Shown here one piece after another: positions 39,822 to 50,167 of a DNA stretch of 64,000 nucleotides. The DNA comes from an uncultured bacterium. Its GTDB lineage: Bacteria; Armatimonadota; HRBIN16. The stretch covers positions 1,866 to 65,865 of the forward strand of contig CAZOGB010000012.1 in the NCBI GenBank assembly GCA_964579145.1. The letters run 5' to 3'. The first letter of the stretch is position 1. Each line of letters opens with the position of its first letter. Made by a program: the position numbers and the translations under genes. The notes beneath the pieces are model-generated. The model did not search any database and was not told the DNA's origin. It saw only the letters and a list, made by a program, of their open reading frames with translations.

Positions 39822-41123
39822 TCACAGATTACCCATCGCCCGAAGCAGGCGTGCCTGTGCGAGGAGTAGCTCCGTTCTCGCCTCAAACAATCGGGTTCGC
39901 GCATCGGTCAGCGCGGCAAGGGCATCGATCTGCTCCACAAAGGGCGCCTTGCCCTCGTTCACGCGCAGTACCGCCACGCGGTATGCTTCTTCTGCATCCT
40001 GCAGCGCCGCCTCTGCCGTCGCCAGGTTCGAACGCGCGGTCTGGATGTCTAGCCATGCCCGGCGCACCTCGTTCTCCACCTGTAACTGCGCCGCTCGCAG
40101 GCTGGCTTGCTGGCCCATCTCCCGCGAGCTGGCTTCGCGCACCCGCGCCTCCAGCTGTCCTCCTGTCCATAGCGGCACGCTTAGTACCAGTGCCACCGTA
40201 TAACCCGATTGCACAGACATTCCCTGTATCTTCGTCCAGTCGCCGGATGCGGTCAGATACGTCTGGGGCAACGACGCCCCCTGCGCGGCACGCCGTTCCA
40301 GCTGCCGCATCTGCAAAAGACGCTGTTGTGCCTGCAACAGGGCGCGGTGCTGAAGGGCACGCCGTGTCGCCTCATCCGCATCGCTGGGCAGATGGAACGC
40401 TGGTTCCTGCAAATCCGAAGGCAGGGGTACCTCGCCCGTAGGCGACACCCCCATGCTAACCTGCAGGTCCAGCAGGCTTTTCTGAAACTCGTTGCGGGCG
40501 GTGGCCAGGTCCTGTTTTGCCTCCGCTTCCGCGGCGCGACTGCGCAGGAGGTACGCCAGCGGTACTTTGCCTACCTCGTACAGCTGCGTCATGATGCGCG
40601 TCTGTTCTTGCTGTGCCTGCAGGCGTTGCTCCGCCACCCCCACCAGCTGGCGCCGCAGGAGTGCCTGAAGGTAGCGCTCGGTGACCTCCAAACGCACCTC
40701 TTGCACCATCTCCTGCACCTCCGCGCTCATCGCTTCGCTCTCCCGCCGGGTCGCACTCGCCATCGCCTGCAGTCGCCCACCAGTGAACAGAGGCACAGCC
40801 AGCTTCACCTGTGCGGAAGAGAACCCTTCACGTTCCGCCATGCGCATTGAGTCGGGCATTACGCCCGGCGCCGAGGTCAGCATGTTCGCTACCGTTCCCT
40901 GTGCCAGCCAGCCCGACACCGACACCTGCGGCGATAACATACCAGCGGTCGCACGCGCCTGCGCGGATACAGCATCCCGTCTCGCCGCCACTGCTTGCAG
41001 ACGGGGGTTCGTGCGCTCCGCCTGCGCGATCGCCTCCTCAAGGCTGAGGGGAGCCTGCCCCCGCGACGGCAGGCAAAAAGCCATTACCAGAACCGCTCCC
41101 AGCACTCTGTCCAGGCGCACCAT
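39822..41123 (-). CDS. TolC-family outer-membrane efflux protein
   Basis: Signal peptide. Duplicated coiled-coil and beta-barrel architecture. 433 aa, Leu/Ala/Gln-rich with TolC-like repeats. Confidence 0.7.
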   Translation of the reverse strand: MVRLDRVLGAVLVMAFCLPSRGQAPLSLEEAIAQAERTNPRLQAVAARRDAVSAQARATAGMLSPQVSVSGWLAQGTVANMLTSAPGVMPDSMRMAEREGFSSAQVKLAVPLFTGGRLQAMASATRRESEAMSAEVQEMVQEVRLEVTERYLQALLRRQLVGVAEQRLQAQQEQTRIMTQLYEVGKVPLAYLLRSRAAEAEAKQDLATARNEFQKSLLDLQVSMGVSPTGEVPLPSDLQEPAFHLPSDADEATRRALQHRALLQAQQRLLQMRQLERRAAQGASLPQTYLTASGDWTKIQGMSVQSGYTVALVLSVPLWTGGQLEARVREASSREMGQQASLRAAQLQVENEVRRAWLDIQTARSNLATAEAALQDAEEAYRVAVLRVNEGKAPFVEQIDALAALTDARTRLFEARTELLLAQARLLRAMGNL

Positions 41124-41201
41124 ACACCTCCAAAGAAGGATAATATTTCTATAGCCAATAGAATAATACGCAGATATTGTATCGCCATGTGGCAGCCGTT
41201 G

Positions 41202-41687
41202 TCAAGGACATCCCCATTTTCGCCGAAGTTTGCCAACCTCATCAGATGGAAAGCGTGCTCCACCTGCTAACATATCTGCAACGGCGTTACAGGCATCGTC
41301 TGTTGCCAGAATGTTGCTCTGGACGAATTGCTCCAACAGCCACAGCGTACCATGCACCGTCACCCGTTCAGCGGCAGCTGCCCGTCGCAGAGCAGCGTCG
41401 TCAGATAGTAGTATGTAGCCTCTTTCTCGCGCGAGGTACAGAGCTGACAGGTCGACGGCGTCCGCTCTAGGGTAAGTAATGCCCAGTGATTCAGTCTGCA
41501 TGACCTCTGTTCCAGTGAGCGAGACGATTTGCACCCCGTGCGATGCGAGGAAAGATAAGGGGATGGTGCGCAATTCTGCTATGACCAAATCTGTGGAGTA
41601 TAAAAGCCAGCCTGTCTGCACAAAGGTAGTTAACAGTCCAGCCTCATGCAAGTTGATCCAGACTGAGCTGTCCACGACGAAGACCAA
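41202..41687 (-). CDS. PIN-domain protein (putative ribonuclease, VapC-like)
   Basis: N-terminal VVDSSVWI acidic PIN motif and a later D residue block (LLSDDAAL). TTG start. Confidence 0.5.
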   Translation of the reverse strand: MVFVVDSSVWINLHEAGLLTTFVQTGWLLYSTDLVIAELRTIPLSFLASHGVQIVSLTGTEVMQTESLGITYPRADAVDLSALYLARERGYILLSDDAALRRAAAAERVTVHGTLWLLEQFVQSNILATDDACNAVADMLAGGARFPSDEVGKLRRKWGCP

Positions 41688-42753
41688 TTTCTAATCCCCC
41701 GTGAGTTTCGCGAACCCGGTGCTCGAACACGTCAAGAGGCTGTGCCAGCAGATACTCCGCCCGTCTCTGAGAGATTATCCCCTCTCCGTACAGACGGACA
41801 ACCATCCTATGAAATCGTTGAGGTTCTTCGGCTGGATAGGAATCGCCAGGTTCCTGAAGATGCCAGCCACGTTTGCGGAAGAGGCGAAACATCTCCTGTG
41901 CCGTGCTCTCGTGGATGATTTGTAGCTCGCACGCGCGTTTCACCCACGCAAGCATACTCAAGCCGAACTGGTGTTTGAGCAGGTGGAGCTCATAAAGGCT
42001 CAGGTGTTTGCGCGATAAGCCCAGCGCCTCGCGCGCGGTAGGTTCAGGAACAAGAAATGCAGCCGCAAAGCGATGCGCCATACGCTCTGCATCCAGTCCC
42101 TCTGGCACTTCACACAGTAGATGAAACAGCTCATGCGACAGGGTAAACCGCTGTCGGTCTCCCGGTAGTCCTTCCCTGACGGCAATAGCGGGCAAAAGGC
42201 AGCTCGCGCGATCATCGGCTCTTATCCAGAAGGCGGCGCCGTCGAAGTCACCAGCGTCCACCGGCACAACGCTTATCAAAACGCCTTTTTCCTCGAACAG
42301 GGCGATGAGGTTCGGGATGGCATCCATTCCAAGATCCCACACTTCGCGCAACTGGACGGCTGCCTGCTCCACTTCCTCGATAGTATGAATCCGCCGGGGG
42401 AAACCTCCCGGGAACTGCCAGATAAACGAGGAGCCGCTGATCTGTTGAACCTGCAGAACACGACCAGCCCAATCGCACAGGTACGCTTCTACCGATTGCT
42501 GGTGAGCACGAGACAAACCGCTTCGCTTGCGATAAGCAGGTCTCACCTCCTTGATGGATACGCCGCGCGTAAAGAAGAACTCCAGCGGTTTTTCGACCGC
42601 CAGAGCGATGCGAATCAGCACCTGTGAACCTGGCACGTCTTCGCCACGCTCGTAATTGGAGATAGCCTGTGCGCTGACCCCAACACGACGTGCCAGCTCC
42701 CGCATGCTCCATCCTTTCAGTTTCCGCGCGACTCGTATCCGCTCGCCTATCAT
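41644..42753 (-). CDS. XRE-family HTH domain fused to an ImmA/IrrE-type zinc metallopeptidase
   Basis: HTH block IRVARKLKGWSMRELARRVGVSAQAISNYERGE. HExxH motif SHELFHLL. Start ATG 42753 is preceded by GGGGAGG. Confidence 0.75.
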   Translation of the reverse strand: MIGERIRVARKLKGWSMRELARRVGVSAQAISNYERGEDVPGSQVLIRIALAVEKPLEFFFTRGVSIKEVRPAYRKRSGLSRAHQQSVEAYLCDWAGRVLQVQQISGSSFIWQFPGGFPRRIHTIEEVEQAAVQLREVWDLGMDAIPNLIALFEEKGVLISVVPVDAGDFDGAAFWIRADDRASCLLPAIAVREGLPGDRQRFTLSHELFHLLCEVPEGLDAERMAHRFAAAFLVPEPTAREALGLSRKHLSLYELHLLKHQFGLSMLAWVKRACELQIIHESTAQEMFRLFRKRGWHLQEPGDSYPAEEPQRFHRMVVRLYGEGIISQRRAEYLLAQPLDVFEHRVRETHGGLEIGLRRGQLSLDQLA

Positions 42754-42830
42754 CTCTGCCTCCCCACTTGACATTATGGCTAAGTACATGAGTTTTGTCA
42801 AGTGCATGTTGCTGAGGCTTCAGTTGGATA

Positions 42831-42950
42831 AGGCAACCCTGCAACTGGAAGTTGCGGGCTACCCAAAACAAAGCCTCCTGCGGAGGCTCCAACCTGCGTC
42901 AGCAGGTTTCGTTCGGTGTTGCCTGCGACTTCCAGCCGCAAGGACAGAAC
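42831..42950 (-). repeat. Dispersed structured intergenic repeat, copy C (full length, minus orientation)
   Basis: The reverse complement reads ccttgcggctggaagtcgcagg...agcctccgcaggaggct...gggtagcccgcaacttccagttgcagggttgcct. Hairpin 1 carries compensatory changes relative to copy A. Confidence 0.7.
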
Positions 42951-42985
42951 AAGCAGTGCCCGGTGAAGTCTTACCAGTGCCAGAG

Positions 42986-43921
42986 CTACTCGCCGGAGGT
43001 TGTGCGGTTGGAAGCGCGGGGATGGGCTTTGCGGTAAACCTCCTTCAGGCGTTCGCGGCTGACGTGCGTGTAGATTTGGGTGGTGGTGAGCTGGGCGTGT
43101 CCCAGGAGTTCCTGCACCGTGCGCAGGTCGGCGCCGCTGTCCAGCAGGTGCGTGGCGAAGGAGTGGCGCAGGGAGTGGGGCGATGGCTTGAAATCCCCGT
43201 TACCGGCGCCCGAATACCTGTCCACAATTCGGCGTACACTGCGGTCGGTCAGGCGAGTGCCCCGCCCGTTCAGAAACAGCCATCCTTCGTCGGGCGTTTT
43301 GCTCTTCGCCAGCAGGACGGGGCGTGCCCGTTGCAGGTACTCGCCCAGCGCCTCGTGTGCTGCCCTGCCGAAGAGTACCAGGCGCATCTTGTTCCCCTTG
43401 CCCATGACGCGGATGGTGTGCTGTGCAAAATCAACGTCCTGCAGGCGCAGATTCGTCAGCTCTCCCACGCGCATACCGGTCGCGTAGAGCAGTTCCAGCA
43501 CCGCACGGTCGCGTACCGAGAGTGGGTCGTCTCCAGCGGGCGCAGTGAGCAAACGCTCTACCTCACTCTGGCTCAGCACGCGAGGCAACTGCTGGTCATG
43601 TCGGGGTGTGCCGACCTCCTGCGCCGGGTTGTTCCCTATCACACCCTGTACCTGCAGGTATTTGAAAAAGGCACGCAGGGCAGCGATTTTGCGTTCGACG
43701 GTGCGTGATGACATCGCCAGCCGATGCAGTTCCGCCAGAAAGGCGCGAATGGTGGCGGGTTGGACATCCGCCCAGCCTGTCTGGGGAAAGTGCCCCTCCA
43801 GAAACTGTGCAAACTGCACGATGTCCAGGGCATAAGCACGCAGGGTATGCTCCGACGCGCGGCGGCGGTGCTGAAGGTCCAGCACGAAGGCGTCTATCCA
43901 CGCATATCGGTCGTCGCTCAT
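42986..43921 (-). CDS. xerC: Tyrosine recombinase XerC/XerD family
   Basis: C-terminal catalytic block HSLRHSFATHLLDSGADLRTVQELLGHAQLTTTQIYTHV. Start at 43921 gives a 311 aa protein, ATGA-coupled to trmFO. The track N-terminal extension is rejected. Confidence 0.85.
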   Translation of the reverse strand: MSDDRYAWIDAFVLDLQHRRRASEHTLRAYALDIVQFAQFLEGHFPQTGWADVQPATIRAFLAELHRLAMSSRTVERKIAALRAFFKYLQVQGVIGNNPAQEVGTPRHDQQLPRVLSQSEVERLLTAPAGDDPLSVRDRAVLELLYATGMRVGELTNLRLQDVDFAQHTIRVMGKGNKMRLVLFGRAAHEALGEYLQRARPVLLAKSKTPDEGWLFLNGRGTRLTDRSVRRIVDRYSGAGNGDFKPSPHSLRHSFATHLLDSGADLRTVQELLGHAQLTTTQIYTHVSRERLKEVYRKAHPRASNRTTSGE

Positions 43922-45231
43922 GCCTCCAGCTCCTGCAAAAAGCGTTGCAGGGAACGCTGTGCCCGCTCTACCTTCATCGCGATGCGCTGCTGGCGGTCGC
44001 GCACCGGCGGTTCCGGTTCGGGCAGTAAGCCAAAGTTCGCGTTCATGGGCTGGAAGTCCTTGCCCGTATAGTGGCTGATATAGTCCAGCAGTGCGCCCAT
44101 CATGGTATCCGGGGGTAGCGACACAGGAGAAAGACCGCGAACCAGCCGTGCCGCGTTCAATCCCGCGACGATACCGCACATCGCGCTTTCGATATAGCCC
44201 TCGACGCCCGTAATCTGCCCGGCGAAGAAGATGCCGGGGTCGCTGCGCAGTTGCAGGGTCGGCTCCAGCAGGGAGGGCGAATGGATATAGGTGTTTCGAT
44301 GCATCACCCCGTAGCGCACGAACTCGGCGTTTTCCAGCCCGGGTATCAACCGAAACACGCGCTTCTGTTCGCCCCATTTCATGCGCGTCTGACAGCCCAC
44401 CAGCCCATACAGCGTGCCCTGCAGGTTCTCCTGGCGCAACTGCACCACCGCGTAAGGGCGTTTGCCGGTGCGTGGGTCAATCAGTCCGACCGGCTTGAAG
44501 CGACTGAAGCCGAGAGCCTCTCTGCCGCGCGCCGCAATCTCCTCGATGGGCAGACAGCCCTCAAAGTAACGCGCCTCTTCGAAGTCGTGAGGGTGTATCG
44601 TCTCTGCCGAGAGTAGGGCATCCACAAAGGCTTCATACTCCTCCCGAGTCATGGGGCAGTTCAGATAAGCCGCCTCGCCCTTGCCGTAGCGCGAGGCAAC
44701 AAAAATGCGCTCCATGTTCAGCGTCAGCGCGTCGACGATGGGCGCCACCGCGTCGTAAAAGTACAGTCGCTGGCTACCTGTCAACCGCCCAATCGCCTGC
44801 GCCAGCGCGTCGGAGGTGAGCGGACCGGTGGCGATGATCAGCGGGCGGCTGTCCGGAATATCGGTGACCTCTTCCCGCACGATTTCCACCAGCGGGTGCG
44901 CCTCCAGCCGCCGGGTAACTATCTGCGCAAACACCTCGCGGTCCACCGCCAGCGCCTCGCCCGCGGGCACTGTGGCTTCTTCCGCACACTCCAGCACCAG
45001 CGAACCGAACTGGCGCATCTCCCACTTCAAAAGCCCCGACGCCGTGCTGAGCAGATTGGACTTGAAGGAGTTAGAGCATACCGGCTCCGCCAGATAAGGT
45101 GTCTGGTGAACAGGCGTCTGGCGCACGGGGCGCATTTCAAACAGGCGTACGCGCACCCCTGCTTTTGCCGCCGCCCATGCGGCTTCTGCTCCCGCAAATC
45201 CACCACCGACAATGGTTACGCCCTTCTCCAT
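43918..45231 (-). CDS. trmFO: Methylenetetrahydrofolate--tRNA-(uracil54-C5)-methyltransferase TrmFO (Gid)
   Basis: FAD Rossmann motif TIVGGGFAGAEAAWAAA. 437 aa. Conserved trmFO-xerC gene order. Confidence 0.85.
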   Translation of the reverse strand: MEKGVTIVGGGFAGAEAAWAAAKAGVRVRLFEMRPVRQTPVHQTPYLAEPVCSNSFKSNLLSTASGLLKWEMRQFGSLVLECAEEATVPAGEALAVDREVFAQIVTRRLEAHPLVEIVREEVTDIPDSRPLIIATGPLTSDALAQAIGRLTGSQRLYFYDAVAPIVDALTLNMERIFVASRYGKGEAAYLNCPMTREEYEAFVDALLSAETIHPHDFEEARYFEGCLPIEEIAARGREALGFSRFKPVGLIDPRTGKRPYAVVQLRQENLQGTLYGLVGCQTRMKWGEQKRVFRLIPGLENAEFVRYGVMHRNTYIHSPSLLEPTLQLRSDPGIFFAGQITGVEGYIESAMCGIVAGLNAARLVRGLSPVSLPPDTMMGALLDYISHYTGKDFQPMNANFGLLPEPEPPVRDRQQRIAMKVERAQRSLQRFLQELEA

Positions 45232-45407
45232 CCGCTCTCTACCCCCGGCACTACATGGTGCATTCAGTATACCCTACTCCTCTTTGTAACGAGCCTCCTC
45301 TTGGTTTCATCATATACAATGCGGGGGCGGGATACCGATTGCAACAGCAGAAAGATGCAACACGGCGAGGTCACTCTCGCGTAATTTCAACAGGAGATGA
45401 ATCATCT

Positions 45408-46007
45408 ATGTCTGAGCATAAACGTGCCTTCACGCTCATAGAACTGCTGGTTGTTATCGCCATTATCGCCGTGCTGGCGGGGATACTGTTTCCCGTATTT
45501 GCCCAGGTACGAGCGAACGCCCGGCGCACCGCGTGTATGAGCCAGCTGCGCCAGATTGGGATGTCGGCGCGAATGTATCTCCAGGACTACGATGCTTTGC
45601 CTCCACGATTAAGTGCGCTCTATCCCGCCTACCAGCCCTCAACGCAGCTGTTCATCTGCCCATCCGACCCCAAAAAGGGACAGCATGAGGGCAACCCCCG
45701 CCTCGAGGGCACACTGTACCTGCCGACAGGCGTCAGCTATGACTACATTCCCAACTGGGGTGTGGCACACGAGCTGGGCTGGTGGAAGCCGTTCCCCGAT
45801 TACGGCGAGGGTAAATGGGGAGAGCAAACGCCCCTTGCTGACTGCAACTGGCACTGGGCGACCACCTTCAAGCTGGAAAACCGGCGCGACACGCCGCCAA
45901 CTGGGCGACGAGGCTGGGTGCTGGTGCTGTTGCAATCGGGCACGGTCAAGGCGGTGCATCTGTCCACATATCCTGACAGGTTCAGCCCCGACGGAGGCGC
46001 AGGATAA
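45408..46007 (+). CDS. Prepilin-type N-terminal cleavage/methylation domain protein (DUF1559-like pseudopilin)
   Basis: KRAFTLIELLVVIAIIAVLAGILFP is a class III signal peptide. LFICPSD motif typical of DUF1559. Confidence 0.8.
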   Translation: MSEHKRAFTLIELLVVIAIIAVLAGILFPVFAQVRANARRTACMSQLRQIGMSARMYLQDYDALPPRLSALYPAYQPSTQLFICPSDPKKGQHEGNPRLEGTLYLPTGVSYDYIPNWGVAHELGWWKPFPDYGEGKWGEQTPLADCNWHWATTFKLENRRDTPPTGRRGWVLVLLQSGTVKAVHLSTYPDRFSPDGGAG

Positions 46008-46064
46008 CCCTCCGCCACCGCGAATAGTTAACCGCATCATCTTCTTGAGGAGGGTTATTCTGGA

Positions 46065-47294
46065 ATGAAACGGATACGAGTCGGCGCAATTGGTACGGGT
46101 GGAATCTTTCGCGGTGCGCATCTGCCCGCCTATCCCGACCTGCCCGCCTGCCAGTTGGTAGCGCTGTGCGACGTCTCCGCTGAAAGCCTGTCGGCGGCGG
46201 AGGCGCGCCTGAAAGAGGTCTACAAGCAGAAGGCAAAGCAGGCGCAGGAGCGAGGCGACACCGCGACGGCAGAACGCCTTGAACGAGACCTGAAAGAGGT
46301 AAAGGTGTATCAGGATGTGCAGACGATGCTGAAGAACGAGGCGCTGGACCTGGTGGACATCTGCACCCAGCCCATTCTGCACGCACCGATGGCGATTGCC
46401 GCGCTGGAGGCGGGCGTGCACGTGATGTGTGAGAAGCCGATGGCACGGACATGGCTGGAGTGTATGCGCGTGGTGGAGACCGTTCAGCGCACGGGCAAGC
46501 TGTATCAGCATAACGAGAACTGGCTGTGGGACCCCTTCTACTACACCGCGAAGAAGCTTATCGACGCGGGTTGGATTGGCGAACCGGTGATGATGTTCCT
46601 CGCCACCGCGCACGGCGGACCTGAAGGAAACCCGAACTTCTGGAACGCCGAAACGGGCGGAGGTGGCTCCCTGCTGGATAACGGCATTCACGCCATCGGC
46701 GCGTCGTGGTATCTATCGGGACTGGACAAACAGCCGACCACCGTCAAAGCCGCCGAGCCGATTGGTATCACCATCCGCATGCCCCAGCGCATCCTGTCCG
46801 GGCAGTTCCAGCCGGTGCGCGTGGAGGATGACGGACATATCCTCATCCGCTTCGAGAATCCCCAGACGGGCGCTTGGAGCACCGCACACGTGGAAGGCTC
46901 GTGGAGCCATCGCGACTCGCCCGATACGGTGATTATCGGCACGATGGGCAATATCCGCTTCACCCACGAGGACGACAGGCGCATTGTAGTGGTGGAGGAT
47001 GCAGCAGGTAACTGCCGGCGCGTGGAGGCAACCGGTCCGACCTGGGAATACTGGCCCTCGTCCTTCTACGGCGAGATACGCAACATGGTGGAATGCGTGC
47101 GAAAGGGCGTTCGCTCCATCAGCGACGAGAACTTTGGCGCGGAGTGTTCCGCCATTGTGGGGGCGGCATATCTGTCGCAAAAGCACGGCAAGCGCGCTGT
47201 AACCCTGGCGGAGTTCAAACGCTTCGCGAACAGTATTGCCCGCCGCTATCCCGACTCCGCCGATGCGGAGCTGATGGCACGCCTCCTGCCCTGA
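46065..47294 (+). CDS. Gfo/Idh/MocA-family NAD(P)-dependent oxidoreductase
   Basis: N-terminal Rossmann motif IRVGAIGTGGIFRGAHLPA. 409 aa. Confidence 0.85.
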   Translation: MKRIRVGAIGTGGIFRGAHLPAYPDLPACQLVALCDVSAESLSAAEARLKEVYKQKAKQAQERGDTATAERLERDLKEVKVYQDVQTMLKNEALDLVDICTQPILHAPMAIAALEAGVHVMCEKPMARTWLECMRVVETVQRTGKLYQHNENWLWDPFYYTAKKLIDAGWIGEPVMMFLATAHGGPEGNPNFWNAETGGGGSLLDNGIHAIGASWYLSGLDKQPTTVKAAEPIGITIRMPQRILSGQFQPVRVEDDGHILIRFENPQTGAWSTAHVEGSWSHRDSPDTVIIGTMGNIRFTHEDDRRIVVVEDAAGNCRRVEATGPTWEYWPSSFYGEIRNMVECVRKGVRSISDENFGAECSAIVGAAYLSQKHGKRAVTLAEFKRFANSIARRYPDSADAELMARLLP

Positions 47295-47496
47295 TGCAAA
47301 AAATATCTGAGCAAAAGCGCAAAAACGCCCGTTGTGGTACGAATCTTGCAATGTACAGGGGTGGAAGCCGGAGCAGGCTACCCGGTTGCTTGTTCGCCAT
47401 TACCTGATAGGCTCTACTGCGACCACTCTGACGTGGAAGCGCACTGATGGTTCTACGCTACAGACGCCGCAGAAAAACTGGTTGACAATCTGCAAA

Positions 47497-47546
47497 AGGT
47501 GGTCCCGGGTACGCTATCCCCCCACGCCCGGGACCCGTTTTTCTTT
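47497..47546. terminator. Intrinsic terminator (GC hairpin plus T-tract), possibly bidirectional
   Basis: ggtcccgggt-acgctatccccccac-gcccgggacc followed by cgtttttctttt. Lies between convergent genes. Confidence 0.6.
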
Positions 47547-47552
47547 TACGCC

Positions 47553-48827
47553 TTACCGCTTCGCCAGCACTTCGCGCTCGTAGCGCCGCACTTCATCCAG
47601 CCATGCCGCACCGACCGGCACGCCCTGCATCTCGCAGTAGTAGTCCCAGACCGCGCTGTAGGGCAGGGTTTTCACCTCTTCCATCAGCGCAAGGCGGGCG
47701 GTGCGGTCGCCAGCGGATTCCAGGCTCTTTAACATGTGCGTGGGTTCCAGCAGGGCAATCAGCAGGGCTTTCAGCATCGCCCTCGTGCCTATCACCCAGG
47801 CGGCCACGCGGTTGATGCTGGCATCGAAATAGTCCAGCCCGATATGCACTCTGTCCAGCGCATTCCCCCGCACAATCTCCTCGGCGATGGAGCGGGTCTC
47901 ATCGTTGAGAATCACTACGTGGTCGCTATCCCAGCGAATGCCGCGGCTGACATGCAAGAGTATCTCCGGCAGGAACAGGAGCACCGCGGAGATTTTATCG
48001 GCTATCTGCTCCGTCGGGTGGAAGTGACCCGTGTCGATGCATATCAGCAGGTTATGTTTGACGGCATACGGCAGATAGAACTCCCATGAACCCGCCACAT
48101 AGCTCTCGGAGCCGATGCCGAACAGCTTGGACTCGACGGCATCTTTTACATAGCGACTGTCCAGCGGCTCCCGGTAGATGGCATCCAGCGAGTCCTTCAG
48201 TCGCTGGCGAGGCGCCCAGCGGTCGGCGGGAAGGTCTTTTTCGCCATCGGGTATCCACAGGTTGTGGATGCAGGCACTGCCCTGTGCTTTGCCCATCGCC
48301 TCGGCGATTTTGCGGCAGGCGATAGCGTGTTCTATCCAGAACTGGCGCACGCCGCTGTCTGCACTGGCAAGCGTCCAGCCGTCGCTGGCGAGCGGATGGG
48401 CAAAGAAAGTGCCGTTGAAATCCAGAGGGATACCTTGCTGTTTCGACCAGTCTATCCAGCTCTGGAAGTGTTTCGGCTCCAGCTGGTTGCGCTCCACCTT
48501 CTCAGGATAATCCACATAAAACGCGTGCAGGTTCAGGCGGTGTTTGCCCGGGATGAGGCTGTACGCTTTGGCGAGGTCGGCGCGAAGCTCGTCGGGAGTG
48601 CGTGCTTTGCCCGGATAGTTGCCCGTGACCGCCAGCCCACCTCCCAGCTCCTGCAAGGCTTTTTCAAATCCGCCCACGTCATCGCCCTGCCAGCAGTGCA
48701 GAGAGATGGAAATCGCCTTCATCTGCTCCAGCACGCGGTTGGTATCCACGCCATAGAGGGCGTATACCTCCTTTGCCTGCTGGTAGCGATGTTCCACTGT
48801 CTTACCGTCCAGTCTGGGCATGGTCAT
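47553..48827 (-). CDS. rhaA: L-rhamnose isomerase
   Basis: SLHCWQGDDVGGFE N-terminal signature of RhaA. 424 aa. HFHPTE metal-site-like block. Confidence 0.75.
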   Translation of the reverse strand: MTMPRLDGKTVEHRYQQAKEVYALYGVDTNRVLEQMKAISISLHCWQGDDVGGFEKALQELGGGLAVTGNYPGKARTPDELRADLAKAYSLIPGKHRLNLHAFYVDYPEKVERNQLEPKHFQSWIDWSKQQGIPLDFNGTFFAHPLASDGWTLASADSGVRQFWIEHAIACRKIAEAMGKAQGSACIHNLWIPDGEKDLPADRWAPRQRLKDSLDAIYREPLDSRYVKDAVESKLFGIGSESYVAGSWEFYLPYAVKHNLLICIDTGHFHPTEQIADKISAVLLFLPEILLHVSRGIRWDSDHVVILNDETRSIAEEIVRGNALDRVHIGLDYFDASINRVAAWVIGTRAMLKALLIALLEPTHMLKSLESAGDRTARLALMEEVKTLPYSAVWDYYCEMQGVPVGAAWLDEVRRYEREVLAKR

Positions 48828-50167
48828 GGCGTTGAACCTCCTGCTCGTTCGAATTGGCGTATCACAAACGGTATCTTGTTCTGCGCAGTGCGCACCAGTT
48901 CCTCAACCACTTCAACCTCTACTTGCATTTCCGCGGGCAGCTTCAGCGCGGCGTTATGCAGTATCTGCTGTCGGTCGCGCTCACCGAAGCCGGCAGACGC
49001 TACCACCAGAATACGCACACGATGCAGAGAGTCCTGAATGACCTGCATACGCACCACATGTTCCACGTCACGCGGGATATGGTCAATGCCCATCAGGTGC
49101 GCGCCGTCGGGAGCGACAAGATAGTCTCCGTTCCTGCCCAGCAAGCCACCAAACGGTTCCACTCCATAGCATATGGATTCTCTGTGCGCCTCTGATAGTC
49201 CCGCTGGCAGGCGTATCAAATCGCCCGTTCGGTAGCGCACCAGCGGCATCCGCAGGTTCCACAGATTCGTGCCCACAATCTCATACAGCACCATGCCATC
49301 TTCTTCTCCCACCGGCAGCAGCTCCACCAGCGCGTACCCCGGCAGGAACCGATACTCGCCCTCGCGGAAGCTGTAGGCAAACGCCACGCGCTCTGCCTGC
49401 CCATAGTAGTCCACCAGTTCCGCCCCCAGCACCTGCTGTGCCAGCCGCCGCGTGTGGGGTGTCAACGTTTCGGATGAGGTCACAACCAGCGGGATTTGCA
49501 GACACATCCCCGCATCCTGCAGAAGTCGGCACAGCGATTCCAGCGAGGTGGGATACGCCATCAGGCAGTCGGGCGCGAACGCCTGCAGGGCGGCGTGGTA
49601 AGCGTCAATCGTCCGGGGGCTGAGGTGGTTCGAGGACATCACCATCCTGCGCCCGCCGGCGACAAACTTCCAGAAAGGAGGCTGTCTATCGGCAGGGTCT
49701 TTGATGTTATCGCCGCGCAGCACAGCCGTGCGAGCGGTTCGAGGATTGATGCCTTTCGCCAGTATCAGGCGGTCGATGCTTGCCTGTTCCATCGCCACCG
49801 AACTGAACGAGCGATACAGCTTCAACGGCAGACCGGTGGTGCCGCTGGTACTGGCGGGACTGCTCAGCCACGCCGGAGGCAGCACGAACGCCAGCGGATC
49901 ATCGCGCACAGAAGATTTCTCCAGCAGGGGCCAGTCGGAAAGGTTGTGCCCTGCTCCCGCTTTCCTGCCGTAACGGGTGCGAGAGGCTGCCTGCAGAATG
50001 AGGTGCAGTCGCTCTGTGGTGAACCGCTTGCGTTCTTCCAGAGAGGCGCTCTCCAGGCGGTCAAACAGGCGCAGTGCCGCCGGATAAAACAATGGGTTGC
50101 GTCGTAACAGCAGGTCGCCCAGGATCTGCCCTTTCAGAGAGGCGGAAAGATTCTTCAGGATGCTCAT
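48824..50167 (-). CDS. PaaK/CapK-like adenylate-forming enzyme (phenylacetate-CoA ligase or F390 synthetase family)
   Basis: AMP-binding motif SSPASTSGTTGLPLKL. 447 aa. 4-nt overlaps with both neighbours. Confidence 0.7.
   Translation of the reverse strand: MSILKNLSASLKGQILGDLLLRRNPLFYPAALRLFDRLESASLEERKRFTTERLHLILQAASRTRYGRKAGAGHNLSDWPLLEKSSVRDDPLAFVLPPAWLSSPASTSGTTGLPLKLYRSFSSVAMEQASIDRLILAKGINPRTARTAVLRGDNIKDPADRQPPFWKFVAGGRRMVMSSNHLSPRTIDAYHAALQAFAPDCLMAYPTSLESLCRLLQDAGMCLQIPLVVTSSETLTPHTRRLAQQVLGAELVDYYGQAERVAFAYSFREGEYRFLPGYALVELLPVGEEDGMVLYEIVGTNLWNLRMPLVRYRTGDLIRLPAGLSEAHRESICYGVEPFGGLLGRNGDYLVAPDGAHLMGIDHIPRDVEHVVRMQVIQDSLHRVRILVVASAGFGERDRQQILHNAALKLPAEMQVEVEVVEELVRTAQNKIPFVIRQFERAGGSTP

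Noticed and set aside
42986-43921. xerC as a marker of a mobile element or integron
   Set aside because: Its position directly after trmFO matches the conserved chromosomal dimer-resolution locus. No att repeats or integrase-associated cargo were seen, although the downstream HTH-ImmA/PIN pair is noted separately.
43922-44377. 152-aa N-terminal extension of xerC
   Set aside because: It overlaps trmFO in another frame. ATG 43921 gives a canonical 311-aa recombinase coupled to trmFO by ATGA.
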